Part shown: positions 16,416 through 25,287 of the stretch, in pieces
How positions within the stretch are numbered: the first letter of the stretch is position 1
How the letters are laid out: each line of letters opens with the position of its first letter
Assembly (NCBI GenBank): GCA_043757405.1
Contig: JAYVPI010000016.1
Span: forward strand, 143,623 to 207,622
Source of the DNA: Alphaproteobacteria bacterium
Lineage (GTDB): Bacteria; Pseudomonadota; Alphaproteobacteria; Rickettsiales; 21-14-0-20-44-7
Direction: 5' to 3'
Length of the DNA stretch: 64,000 bases
Made by a program: the position numbers and the translations under genes
Notes under the pieces: generated by a model
Told to the model about the DNA's origin: nothing
The model's input: the letters and a program-made list of their open reading frames with translations, nothing else
Database searches by the model: none

Positions 16416-16502
16416 ACCATAGTTAATATAACTTTACTTATCCATTTTGTCCTGTAAATTCAAGTTGTGGGACATATAAACATACAGGGTCATGCTTCAT
16501 CT

Positions 16503-17141
16503 ATGATGGGCCTTATGCAAGAAGGCGAAGAAAAGGCGGCGTGGGAAAAAATCGCGCAAAGGCCTTTTCCAAAATTGATTGGCGGCTATATCAGCGCTTG
16601 TGAAGTTACGAGAGTGTACATGAATTGCGGTATTACGCAGAAATTTGGTTTAGTTGCTGCATGGCAGTGGCTGGAAGAAATTGGTGCCGATGATCCAGAT
16701 ACGCCGATGCCGGGGCGGTATTATACACATGTTACTTTTCCTTATAGTGAGCCATGGGAGGATAAAAGTGAAGAGCTTTATCGCATGCAGGCAGATCTGA
16801 ATAAGCTGGGTTGTCATGCTGTGTTTTGTAGTCGTAATATTATGACTGATGAGGATGTCTGGTCGAGTCAGTTCGGATTATTTTTACCCCATATGACATT
16901 ACCAAAAACGCCGGATGGGTTGTTGCGCTGCGATATCGAAGGCGCGGCGATCATGCTGGCATATTTGCTGGATAAAGGTTTGGTAAAAAAGGATGAAATT
17001 CCGAAAGATGATGTTGATGTGCATGGGCGGGCGTTGAAGAATCTCGCGTTCGGGCCGGTGATTTTGATGATGGCGCAAACTCCACAGATACAGGCGAAGA
17101 TTCGTTCTCTTGGTGATGAGCCAGCAGTGATAAGGGAATAA
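16503..17141 (+). CDS. Hypothetical protein
   Basis: The track ORF begins at a GTG (16467); the first in-frame ATG is at 16503. No family recognised. It occupies the position after ffh where rpsP usually follows. Confidence 0.5.
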   Translation: MMGLMQEGEEKAAWEKIAQRPFPKLIGGYISACEVTRVYMNCGITQKFGLVAAWQWLEEIGADDPDTPMPGRYYTHVTFPYSEPWEDKSEELYRMQADLNKLGCHAVFCSRNIMTDEDVWSSQFGLFLPHMTLPKTPDGLLRCDIEGAAIMLAYLLDKGLVKKDEIPKDDVDVHGRALKNLAFGPVILMMAQTPQIQAKIRSLGDEPAVIRE

Positions 17142-17807
17142 TCACTTAATACATCCCATTATAGAATAATTGGCGCGGCTCTTGATTATATCAGCATAAT
17201 AAACCACATACCCTAAAGGGCGGGCGGCGTTGCGTTTTTCGGGGTTGGGGAGAACGGAGGCTAGTTGGGCGGCTTCTTGTGGTGTGAGATTCGCGGCGGG
17301 TTTGCCGAAATAGGCTCTGGCAGCGGCTTCGGCGCCGTAGATTCCGTCGCCGAATTGGGCGATGTTCATGTAGATTTCGATCATGCGTTGTTTGCTCCAG
17401 ATGAAGTCCATCCACATTGCCAGCGGAATTTCCAAGGGTTTGCGGATTATATCTGGGAGGGGCCAGAGGAAAAGGTTTTTGGCGGTTTGCATGGGGATGG
17501 TAGAGGCGCCGCGGGTTAGTTTACCGGAATGTGCGGCTTTGCCGGCGACTTTTTCTACGGCGGGCCAATCAACACCATTATGCTCGCAGAATCTTGCATC
17601 TTCGGCGGCGATTATGGCGCGGCTTAAGTTGGGGGAAATATTTGAATGTGATCGCCAGCGCCAGTGGACATCTTCAAAGCTCAAGGTTTGTTCGATGATC
17701 GGGATGGAAACGGGTGGGATGACGGAATAAACCAGCGTCAACACAAAGGCCAGCAGGAACGGGGCGAGGAATATCAGCAGCAGCACTTCTATAAGTTTTT
17801 TTGCCAT
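17142..17807 (-). CDS. mtgA: Monofunctional peptidoglycan glycosyltransferase
   Basis: The GT51 motifs AEDARFCEHNGVD, GASTIPMQTAKNLFL and RMIEIYMNIAQFGDGIYG are present. Confidence 0.9.
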   Translation of the reverse strand: MAKKLIEVLLLIFLAPFLLAFVLTLVYSVIPPVSIPIIEQTLSFEDVHWRWRSHSNISPNLSRAIIAAEDARFCEHNGVDWPAVEKVAGKAAHSGKLTRGASTIPMQTAKNLFLWPLPDIIRKPLEIPLAMWMDFIWSKQRMIEIYMNIAQFGDGIYGAEAAARAYFGKPAANLTPQEAAQLASVLPNPEKRNAARPLGYVVYYADIIKSRANYSIMGCIK

Positions 17808-17882
17808 CAGTAGAGAGTTAATACACTTATCGAAAGCTTTCCATTGCTTTTTTTATCAATTCTTGTTAGTGCTTCTCACCTT

Positions 17883-18113
17883 ATGGAAGCTAAAGAACTA
17901 TCATTTGAACAGGCGGTCAAGGAGCTTGAGGAGATTGTCCGCAAGCTGGAATCGGGGCAGGTGGATTTGGAATCTGCGATAAAGGATTATGAGCGCGGGA
18001 ATGCGTTGCGCGCGATTTGCGAGGCGAAGTTGAACGATGCCAAATTGAAAGTTGAGAATATTATCAAGAACCAGGATGGTTCCATCACCACCAAGGAAAC
18101 AAAATATGCCTAA
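17883..18113 (+). CDS. xseB: Exodeoxyribonuclease VII small subunit
   Basis: Trimmed to MEAKELSFEQAVKELEEIVRKLESGQVDLESAIKDYERG, the typical XseB sequence. Confidence 0.85.
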   Translation: MEAKELSFEQAVKELEEIVRKLESGQVDLESAIKDYERGNALRAICEAKLNDAKLKVENIIKNQDGSITTKETKYA

Positions 18114-19011
18114 TTACCAGACTGACTTACAAAAAGCGATTGACCTTGTGGTTGGTGATTTACAGGAAAAGATGGACCGTTTGTTGCCGGATGTGGCGCG
18201 TTGCGGTGAGGCGAAAGTTGTTGAGGCGATGAGATATTCTTCGTTGGCTCCGGCGGGTAAAAAATTACGTCCGTTTTTGGTGGCGGCATCTGCGGGGTTG
18301 TTTGGCGTTGGGCGCAGTACTTCGATACAGACGGCGGCGGCTTTGGAATTTATCCATGTGTATTCACTGATTCATGATGATTTGCCGGCGATGGATGATG
18401 ATGATACGCGGCGCGGGCAACCGGCTTGCCACGTTAAATTCGGCGAAGCGGCGGCGATTTTGGCGGGGGATGGATTGCTGACATTGGCGTTTGAGATTTT
18501 GTCGGATGAATCCACGCATCAAAGCGCCCAGGTGCGTTGTGAATTGATTAAGGAAATCGCCAAAGCTTCCGGCCATGCGGGAATGGTCGGCGGGCAGATG
18601 ATGGATTTGGATGCGGAACATGAAAAATTGACGGTGGATGAAATTATCCATTTGCAGCGGATGAAAACCGGAGCGTTGTTCATGGTTTCATGCGAAGCGG
18701 GGGCAATTCTTGGCAAGGCGGCGCCGAAGTTGCGGGTGGCTTTGCGGGGATATGCTAATGCGGTTGGGCTGGCGTTCCAGATTACGGATGATTTGCTGGA
18801 TGTGGAAAGTTCGGCGAAAGTTGCGGGGAAGCCGGTGCGCCAGGATAAGACCAAGGGCAAGGCGACGCTGGTTTCGGCACTGGGAGTTGACCGCGCGCGC
18901 AACCAGGCGCAGATGTTGGTGCAACAGGCGAAAACACATTTGGAGCCATTTGATGAGCGGGCGAATGTGCTGCGTATGCTCGCGGATTATGTTGTGACGA
19001 GGAAGATGTAA
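18106..19011 (+). CDS. ispA: Polyprenyl (farnesyl/geranylgeranyl) diphosphate synthase
   Basis: Trimmed to the ATG at 18106, which overlaps the xseB stop (ATGCCTAA). The FARM motif LIHDDLPAMDDDDTRRG and the SARM motif QITDDLLD are present. xseB-ispA is a conserved pair. Confidence 0.85.
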   Translation: MPNYQTDLQKAIDLVVGDLQEKMDRLLPDVARCGEAKVVEAMRYSSLAPAGKKLRPFLVAASAGLFGVGRSTSIQTAAALEFIHVYSLIHDDLPAMDDDDTRRGQPACHVKFGEAAAILAGDGLLTLAFEILSDESTHQSAQVRCELIKEIAKASGHAGMVGGQMMDLDAEHEKLTVDEIIHLQRMKTGALFMVSCEAGAILGKAAPKLRVALRGYANAVGLAFQITDDLLDVESSAKVAGKPVRQDKTKGKATLVSALGVDRARNQAQMLVQQAKTHLEPFDERANVLRMLADYVVTRKM

Positions 19012-19020
19012 TGCGGCGCT

Positions 19021-19150
19021 ATTGTCAAAGTCTACTAGTCCTTGCTGCAAATAGACTTTTTCTGCGCTTCGCTGCTCACGTACAAGTTGTACGCTCCGCT
19101 GCAATGCTCGAAAAAATCTATTTTCGCCGTGGCCTAGCGACTTTTACAAT
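19021..19150. repeat. Palindromic repeat, family 2, copy 2
   Basis: ATTGTCAAAGTC...CTGCGCTTCGCTGCTCACGTACAAGTTGTACGCTCCGCTGCAATGCTCG...GACTTTTACAAT has the same core as 4598-4742 but different outer inverted arms. Confidence 0.8.
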
Positions 19151-19171
19151 AGCCCTGGGAGCAGAGAAAAT

Positions 19172-20017
19172 ATGGTAGGTAAGACTATCGACGTCAAGCC
19201 GATGAAAATTACGGTGAAAAGTCGCCATATAATTATATTGCGGCAATTTATATTTATGCTGGCCTTGTGCTTGGTTGGCGCGTTGGCGGCGAAATATTAT
19301 TTTCTTCCAAAGTATTTTCCTCATAAGCCGCAGGTAGTTCAAGAAACCACGTCGGCGCTTGTGCCGCAGGTGGAGGTTAAAGCAATTGTGCCGGTGGCGG
19401 AAGTTAAACCGGAAGCAAAGGTGGAAGAGAGTTCAGCATCGCAGATTGCCGAGATAAATAAGCGGTTGGATGGATTGACGGAGCAGAATAATGGGTTGCT
19501 GGCATATTTTGCGGCGCGGGATTTGAAGGAGTCTTTGGGGGATAATGCGGCGTTCAAGACGCAGTTGGAATTTGTGCGGGATGCTGTGGGGGATGATCCC
19601 AATATCAACGGCAGGCTGGATATGCTGGAGCAGGCTGCGAACGGAGTGGTGACGCGGGAGAAGCTGATCGCGGATTTGAAGATTTTGGAAAAGAATATGG
19701 CGGAAATTTCTGACGGTTCGTTAGGTGGGAGTATCAAGAACGCGCTGGGGAATTTGGTGCGGGTGACTAAGGTGCATGGCGATATTGGGGCGAATGATTA
19801 TAACTCGATATTGAAACGGGCGGAGCTGGTGCTGGCGAAAGATAAATTATCGGCGGCGGAGTTGCAGAAGGTGATTGATGAAGTTGCAAAGCTCGGCAAG
19901 CCCGCAGAGGGTTTTGTGCGCGAAGCGAATAATTATCAGCGCGTTTTGGAAGTTACGGATTTCCTGGTGACTTATACCAAAGCCAGGGCATTAGAGGCGA
20001 ATTCAGTCAATGATTAA
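19172..20017 (+). CDS. Membrane-anchored coiled-coil protein, candidate alphaproteobacterial Mic60/HemX-like
   Basis: An N-terminal TM helix (FIFMLALCLVGALAA) is followed by a coiled-coil middle and a conserved-looking C-terminus. It lies immediately upstream of, and overlaps, a HemY_N/TPR gene, the synteny reported for alpha-Mic60. Confidence 0.45.
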   Translation: MVGKTIDVKPMKITVKSRHIIILRQFIFMLALCLVGALAAKYYFLPKYFPHKPQVVQETTSALVPQVEVKAIVPVAEVKPEAKVEESSASQIAEINKRLDGLTEQNNGLLAYFAARDLKESLGDNAAFKTQLEFVRDAVGDDPNINGRLDMLEQAANGVVTREKLIADLKILEKNMAEISDGSLGGSIKNALGNLVRVTKVHGDIGANDYNSILKRAELVLAKDKLSAAELQKVIDEVAKLGKPAEGFVREANNYQRVLEVTDFLVTYTKARALEANSVND

Positions 20018-21326
20018 ACTATTGCTGACATTGATTTTGGTTTTTGCCATTGCCGGGATCGGCTTTTTTCTGCAGCGTTATGATTTTCCTATTACTGCGG
20101 AGATGCAAGGGTATTATATCGAGACCAGCTCGACGCGGCTGGTGATGGTTTTGGTATTTTTGTTCGCGATTACTTATGCGGTTTTGAAGTTATTTTTCTG
20201 GTTCAAAAATTCGCCGCGGCGGTTGCTCAGCAAAATGCGCAAGGAACATGAGAGCCAGGGGTATCGGAATATTATGCGTGGATTTTCGGCTTTGGCGGCG
20301 GGTGATGCCGGACGGGCGCGGAAGTTTGCGGGGAAGTCGGGAAAGGCTTTGCCGCATGAGCCATTGGTAAAATTATTGCAGGCGCAGATTGCGGTGAACG
20401 CGGGTGAGAAGGAAGCGGCGGCGGGGTTTTATCGGGAATTGACGCTGAGCGAAGATGGGAAGTTTGCGGGATTTCGCGGGCTGGTTTCACAATCGATGCA
20501 AGCGAATGAGCCGGAGAAGGCGCTGGCGATTGCAGGGGAGTTGTTGCGCGATAATCCGAAAAGTTCATGGTTGAACGAGGCATTGATCGATTTGGCGTTC
20601 CGGATTCCGGATTGGGACAAACTGGAGAGATATTTGAAGAAGGCGGAGGCAAACCGGTCGCTGGGGAAAGTTTTGCTGAATGAGAAATTCGCGATTTATT
20701 ATCACGTAAAGGCGAAAATTGCTTTATCGGAAGGGCGTGTTGAGGATGCAAAATGGTTGGGGGAAAGAAGCTTGAAATATAAAGGTGATTTTTTGCCGCC
20801 GGCGATTTTGCTTTCCGGGGTTTATAATGATGAAGGGAATTATAAAAAGACGCGAAAATTGGTGGCGAAGTTTTGGGGCGTGGCACCACATCCGATTTTG
20901 GCGAGGAATTATGAGCATGCATTGCTGAATAGCGGGATTCGGGAGAAGGCGGGGAAGGTGAAGCGGTTATATGAGAAGAACCCTGATGATATTGAGAGTA
21001 TCGAATTTTATGCACGGGTTTTGATTGATGAGAAGCAGGCGGATGTAGCGCGGGATATATTGCAAAAGGGTTTGCGGATTCGCGAGACACGGGGATTGTG
21101 TATATTAATGGCGCGGATTGATGACAAGGTGGCTTGGGAAAGCCGGGGTGTGGGGGCGCTGGAAGACAAGTGCTGGCATTGCAGGGTTACCGGGGCGCGA
21201 TATGCGGAGTGGCAGGTATATTCGGATAGCGGTGAGATCAACACTATTGAATGGGGTTTTGCGGAAATGCGGCTGGCGCTGACAAAATCTGCTTTGGCTC
21301 ACAGTGATTTTCTGTCAATAAGATAA
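20010..21326 (+). CDS. HemY_N-domain TPR protein (hemY-like)
   Basis: Two N-terminal TM helices are followed by SPRRLLSKMRKEHESQGYRNIMRGFSALAAGDAGRARKFA and then TPR-like repeats, the typical HemY N-terminal architecture. Confidence 0.7.
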   Translation: MIKLLLTLILVFAIAGIGFFLQRYDFPITAEMQGYYIETSSTRLVMVLVFLFAITYAVLKLFFWFKNSPRRLLSKMRKEHESQGYRNIMRGFSALAAGDAGRARKFAGKSGKALPHEPLVKLLQAQIAVNAGEKEAAAGFYRELTLSEDGKFAGFRGLVSQSMQANEPEKALAIAGELLRDNPKSSWLNEALIDLAFRIPDWDKLERYLKKAEANRSLGKVLLNEKFAIYYHVKAKIALSEGRVEDAKWLGERSLKYKGDFLPPAILLSGVYNDEGNYKKTRKLVAKFWGVAPHPILARNYEHALLNSGIREKAGKVKRLYEKNPDDIESIEFYARVLIDEKQADVARDILQKGLRIRETRGLCILMARIDDKVAWESRGVGALEDKCWHCRVTGARYAEWQVYSDSGEINTIEWGFAEMRLALTKSALAHSDFLSIR

Positions 21327-21327
21327 T

Positions 21328-21984
21328 ATGAGCAACCAGCGCAAGCATATGATCAACAGCCAGATTTACACCAATAAGGTGGAAAATGAATTTGTGCTGG
21401 CGGCGTTAGCGGCGGTGCCGCGCGAAGACTTCGTGCCTGAGAAGTTGCGCGGTGTGGCTTATGTGGATGAAGATTTGGATTTGGGCGAGGGGCGGTTTTT
21501 GATGGAGCCGATGATTTTTGCACGGCTGCTGCAATTGGCGGAAATTAAAGATAGCGAGAAAGTTTTGGTGGTGGGTTCAAGCACCGGATATACGGTGGCG
21601 GTGATTGCGGCGCTTTGCAAGCAGGTGATTGGGCTGGAGAATAATATTAATTTTATTTCCATGGCGCAGAATTCGTTAAAGAAATTGGGCGTGGCAAATT
21701 CGGCGTTTGTGAAGGCGGAATTGGATAAAGGTGCGGAAAGGCACAAGATGTTTGATTTGATTTTTATCAATGGCGCGGTGGAGAATGTACCGGCGAAATT
21801 ATATGCGCAGTTGAATGATGGCGGGCGGATTGTGGCGGTGAAGGCTGGTGAGCATAATGCGCCGGGGCCTTATGAGGCAGTGCTGTATCACAAGAATGGA
21901 GATATGATTTCCGAAACGCATGGGTTTCAGGCATTTGTACCGAAGCTGAAGGAATTTGACAGCAAGCCGGAATTCCGGTTTTAG
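21328..21984 (+). CDS. pcm: Protein-L-isoaspartate O-methyltransferase family protein
   Basis: The SAM motif VLVVGSSTGYTVAVIA is present, and FLMEPMIFARLLQ and DLIFINGAV fit the PCMT-like pattern. Confidence 0.75.
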   Translation: MSNQRKHMINSQIYTNKVENEFVLAALAAVPREDFVPEKLRGVAYVDEDLDLGEGRFLMEPMIFARLLQLAEIKDSEKVLVVGSSTGYTVAVIAALCKQVIGLENNINFISMAQNSLKKLGVANSAFVKAELDKGAERHKMFDLIFINGAVENVPAKLYAQLNDGGRIVAVKAGEHNAPGPYEAVLYHKNGDMISETHGFQAFVPKLKEFDSKPEFRF

Positions 21985-23918
21985 CTTTTTGAATCGGCCA
22001 CGGTTTTTGGCTCTTCGTCCAACTCGATTGGTTCGTTCATGATCGGAATATGTTCATCAAGTTCGGTGACATATTGTAGCGCATCGCCAATTTGTTCGTT
22101 GGTGAGGTATTGCGAGATTTGCTGGACGTTTTCCTGGGCGCGGTTTTTCTTGGCGTTACCACGTGGCAGGCGGCCGGCAGCCATATTATACCAGGCATAG
22201 GCGAGTTCAAGGTTTTGGTTGGTGCCTTCGCCGGCTTTATAGATTGAGGCAAGGTTTAGCATGCCGTTGACGCTGCCCTGGCTGGCGGCGCGTTCGAACC
22301 AGCGGATAGCTTCCGGAAGGTCTTTAGGGGCGCCGTTGAGGGCGCGGCGATACATCACGCCGAGATTATTTTGGGCTTGCGCGTTGCCGGTATTAGCTTG
22401 GTTAATATACCATTGTAGTGCGTGTTGCGGTTTTGGTGGTGTTATTGCAACGGGTTTTTCTATTTGCGGAATTGGTATGGCCGGGGTGTTGGCGACCAGA
22501 TATGCGGTTGCTTCGGCCATGGCGAGGTTTGGTTGTAAATTTGCGGCTGGCGGCGCGGCGGCGATTACTGGAGTGGTTGGTATTGGAGTTATGATTTCGT
22601 CTGCTTGCGGGACGGGGTGAGTGGTGATGGTGACATCTTCGGCAACCGGTTTTTGCGGTATTGATAATGTTTCAAGTTTTTTTTGCGGCTCAGGTTTTTT
22701 GATTGGTTCCGGTGTTTTTTCTTTGACTAGCAAAGATGAAAATTCGCGTTCGCATTTTGGATCGGGGTTACCGCGTTGGGCGGCAATCAGGCAATATTTG
22801 GATTCTTCCGGAGAGACCGGGCTTTTCTCGGTGGCGACTTGTTTTGGCGGTTCTGGTTTTATCGGGTGCGGTTTAGCTTTGGCTTCGGTTTTTGTTTTTG
22901 GTTTTTCCTTTTCTTTAACCGCAACTGGTTTTGGTGAGGTTGGCGCGACTGGCGCGACGGGTGGGCGGAAGAATTGTTGAGCGGGCGGGCGGGGTGCATC
23001 TGCTATTGGTTTTGGCGCGGCTTGGAGATGGAGTTCTGCGGGCAGGGGGTGAGTTACTACGGCAACAACCGGCGCGGGTTGTATGGGCTCTTGTTGTAAT
23101 TGCGGGCGTGGCGGGGGCAGGGTCAGGACTGCCTCATTCTCTTTTTCAATTTCAGGTTGGAAATCTGGGGGCATTGGTGGTTGTGGAAGAACTGGCGGAG
23201 TTGGCGGCGGCAAGATGGTTTTTGCGGGAGATTTCGCGGCGGCTTTGATGGCGGCTGGTTTTTGCAGTGGTTGAGCGTTCAAGATAGGTTGGGCATCGGC
23301 AACTGCCGGCGCGGGTGCCTGCTGTGGCGCAGGAGCGGGGAATAAAGTGGTGGCTTGCGGCTGGTTGGGGGCAACATCGACTACCGGTGGTTGATTGACG
23401 GCGGCGGCGCGAGCAGGTTTGGCGTTGCTGCGGATATTAGACATATTGGTGGCTGCGTTATGCACGAGGTCGAGATTTTGTTTTTGGCTTTGCGGGGTGC
23501 TGGCGACTTGGATTTGTTTCAAGTTATATCTTGCATCAGTGTGGCCACGTGCGGCGGCGGCGGTATACCAGCGGACAGATTCGTTGAAGTCTTGGCCGAT
23601 ACCTTCCCCTTTTTGATACATCACGGCGAGGTTATACATGGCTTCGACATGGCCTTTTTCGGCGGCGATGTGGCAGAAGCGGGCGGCTTCGGAATCATTT
23701 TTTGGGACGCCCTGGCCAAGATAATACATGCCACACATACGGAAAGCGGCTTCGGCGTTACCGTCATTGCCGAGAGGTTGGAGATTGGCGATTGCAGTGT
23801 TGTAATCATGGGCGCCGAGCGCGTCGAGGCCCGTGGCAAGATCAGCATCAGCTAGCGCTGAGGTTGAAAATTGCAGGAAGAAAAAGGCGGTTAGGGCGAG
23901 GGATAATTTCTTCATCAA
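21981..23918 (-). CDS. Secreted Sel1-repeat protein with a long Pro-rich central spacer
   Basis: A signal peptide is present. Sel1 repeats occur at both ends (AEAAFRMCGMYYLGQGVPKNDSEAARF..., GNAQAQNNLGVMYRR..., GSVNGMLNLASIYKAGEG). They are separated by roughly 350 aa of P/A/Q/K-rich low complexity. Confidence 0.8.
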   Translation of the reverse strand: MMKKLSLALTAFFFLQFSTSALADADLATGLDALGAHDYNTAIANLQPLGNDGNAEAAFRMCGMYYLGQGVPKNDSEAARFCHIAAEKGHVEAMYNLAVMYQKGEGIGQDFNESVRWYTAAAARGHTDARYNLKQIQVASTPQSQKQNLDLVHNAATNMSNIRSNAKPARAAAVNQPPVVDVAPNQPQATTLFPAPAPQQAPAPAVADAQPILNAQPLQKPAAIKAAAKSPAKTILPPPTPPVLPQPPMPPDFQPEIEKENEAVLTLPPPRPQLQQEPIQPAPVVAVVTHPLPAELHLQAAPKPIADAPRPPAQQFFRPPVAPVAPTSPKPVAVKEKEKPKTKTEAKAKPHPIKPEPPKQVATEKSPVSPEESKYCLIAAQRGNPDPKCEREFSSLLVKEKTPEPIKKPEPQKKLETLSIPQKPVAEDVTITTHPVPQADEIITPIPTTPVIAAAPPAANLQPNLAMAEATAYLVANTPAIPIPQIEKPVAITPPKPQHALQWYINQANTGNAQAQNNLGVMYRRALNGAPKDLPEAIRWFERAASQGSVNGMLNLASIYKAGEGTNQNLELAYAWYNMAAGRLPRGNAKKNRAQENVQQISQYLTNEQIGDALQYVTELDEHIPIMNEPIELDEEPKTVADSKS

Positions 23919-23934
23919 AAGAAATTAACACATC

Positions 23935-24453
23935 TTAAAAGCGTTTTGCAAGCCAGATAGAGAGTTTGGCACCGGTTTTTATGACTTTGTTGAAGGTTTT
24001 GTAGCCAAACAGGCTTTCAGCGTTGTGTTCCAGGCCGGTATCGCGGTGTTGGAGCTCTTCAGCGCGGAAGTTGCTGACAATTTCCTTAAGTTCCTGATTA
24101 TCAAGGATTTTCTCTTGTTCGCGGTAATGTTCGTCGATGGCTTCTTCGACCGCTACGGTGGCGGCCATGGCGGCTTTTTCACCTAATAGGGCTGAGCCGA
24201 TACCCAGAGCCAGGCCGGCGATGTGCCATAAGGGCATTAGGACTGATGGGCGGACTTTGTTATCTACGATAAGCTCGTTGAACTTTTTCAAGTGTTCCTG
24301 CTCTTGGGAGAGCATGTGTTTTAAGACCGGCGCGATTTTAGATTTGCCCAGGATCATTAGCTGGCCTTCATAGATCCTGTTTGCGCCATATTCCCCGGCG
24401 TGATCGACGCGGATCATTTGTTCCAGTGTTTCGCTATTCGGGTTTGGTTTCAT
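23935..24453 (-). CDS. coq7: Demethoxyubiquinone hydroxylase Coq7
   Basis: The di-iron carboxylate motifs RVDHAGEYGA, EEQEHL-like (SQEQEHL), VEEAIDEHY and AEELQH are present. Confidence 0.85.
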   Translation of the reverse strand: MKPNPNSETLEQMIRVDHAGEYGANRIYEGQLMILGKSKIAPVLKHMLSQEQEHLKKFNELIVDNKVRPSVLMPLWHIAGLALGIGSALLGEKAAMAATVAVEEAIDEHYREQEKILDNQELKEIVSNFRAEELQHRDTGLEHNAESLFGYKTFNKVIKTGAKLSIWLAKRF

Positions 24454-24562
24454 GTTTGGATTTGCGCTTGTAGATTTTTTTGCTGTTGATTTTTTTCGGC
24501 TTCAGGTGCGGGCTTTTCAGCGAGTTGGCGATCGGGTTGCGGTTTTTCGGCCTTTTCTTCAT
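24434..24562 (-). CDS. ArfA-like small basic ORF (42 aa), candidate alternative ribosome-rescue factor
   Basis: Below the track cutoff. Hand translation gives MKKRPKNRNPIANSLKSPHLKPKKINSKKIYKRKSKHETKPE. The NPIxxxLxxPxLKxK...KKxYKRKxKH pattern parallels the E. coli ArfA core ([32 protein letters not shown], from memory). The ATG overlaps the hydrolase stop (ATGA) and the 3' end overlaps the coq7 start. Confidence 0.45.
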   Translation of the reverse strand: MKKRPKNRNPIANSLKSPHLKPKKINSKKIYKRKSKHETKPE

Positions 24563-25287
24563 TTGTCAATTATAGCCATAAGCGTGCTTTTCAACAACTC
24601 CAGATTTTCTGGTTCGCTCATGCGGTGGGTGGCGCCTTCGACTAGGGTGATTTCGACGTCATTTGATTTCAGCCTTTCTTTGATTTGGCTCGCAGTTTGG
24701 TACGGGACATCTTCGTCTTTCATACCTTGTAACAAACGGACGGGGCAAGTGATGTCGATTGGGGATTTTAGCAAAAGATGGTTGCGCGCTTCTTCGATTA
24801 AGTTTTTGGTGATGGGATATGGCGCGTTGCCGTAACAATCTGCGATCATGACTTTGCCTGTGGTTTTCAATTCAGCGCGTTGTTCTTTGTCGAGCGCGTT
24901 CCACATCAAATCTTCGGTGAAGTCGGGGGCGGCAGCGATGCCGATTAATGCTTTGATACGCTCAGGGCGGGCAAGTGCGGCAAGGAGCATTATCCAACCG
25001 CCCATGCTGGAGCCGATGAGGATGAGCGGGCCTTCCGTGAGTTCATCGATGATTTTAAGCGCATCATTTTTCCATTGGCCGATTGTACCGTCCTCGAATT
25101 TGCCTTCGGATTTGCCGTGGCCGGAATAATCGAAGCGGATGAAAGCGTGGCCAATTTCGCGGCAGACGGATTCAAGAAACAAGGCTTTGGCGCCTTCCAT
25201 ATCGGATTTGAAACCGGAGAGGAAAACCACGGTAGGGGATTTCCCAGGGAGGCAGTTGTAGGCGAGGTGGTTAAGATAATTTACCAT
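24559..25287 (-). CDS. Alpha/beta hydrolase
   Basis: The nucleophile elbow GSSMGG and an HG oxyanion region (FLSGF, YSGHGKSEG) are present. The size of 242 aa is typical. Confidence 0.8.
   Translation of the reverse strand: MVNYLNHLAYNCLPGKSPTVVFLSGFKSDMEGAKALFLESVCREIGHAFIRFDYSGHGKSEGKFEDGTIGQWKNDALKIIDELTEGPLILIGSSMGGWIMLLAALARPERIKALIGIAAAPDFTEDLMWNALDKEQRAELKTTGKVMIADCYGNAPYPITKNLIEEARNHLLLKSPIDITCPVRLLQGMKDEDVPYQTASQIKERLKSNDVEITLVEGATHRMSEPENLELLKSTLMAIIDK

Noticed and set aside
20272-21090. A 272-aa minus-strand ORF (Pro/Ser-rich) inside the hemY-like gene.
   Set aside because: It lies entirely antisense to a gene with a recognisable HemY_N/TPR sequence. Its composition is low-complexity, typical of antisense frames in GC-biased codon positions, and it has no motif.
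22261-23855. A series of + strand ORFs (119, 119, 105 and 166 aa, among others) opposite the Sel1-repeat gene.
   Set aside because: They are antisense to a 645-aa ORF with a signal peptide and Sel1 repeats. They are Gly/Arg/Ala-rich mirror images of the Pro-rich spacer and are fragmented across frames.
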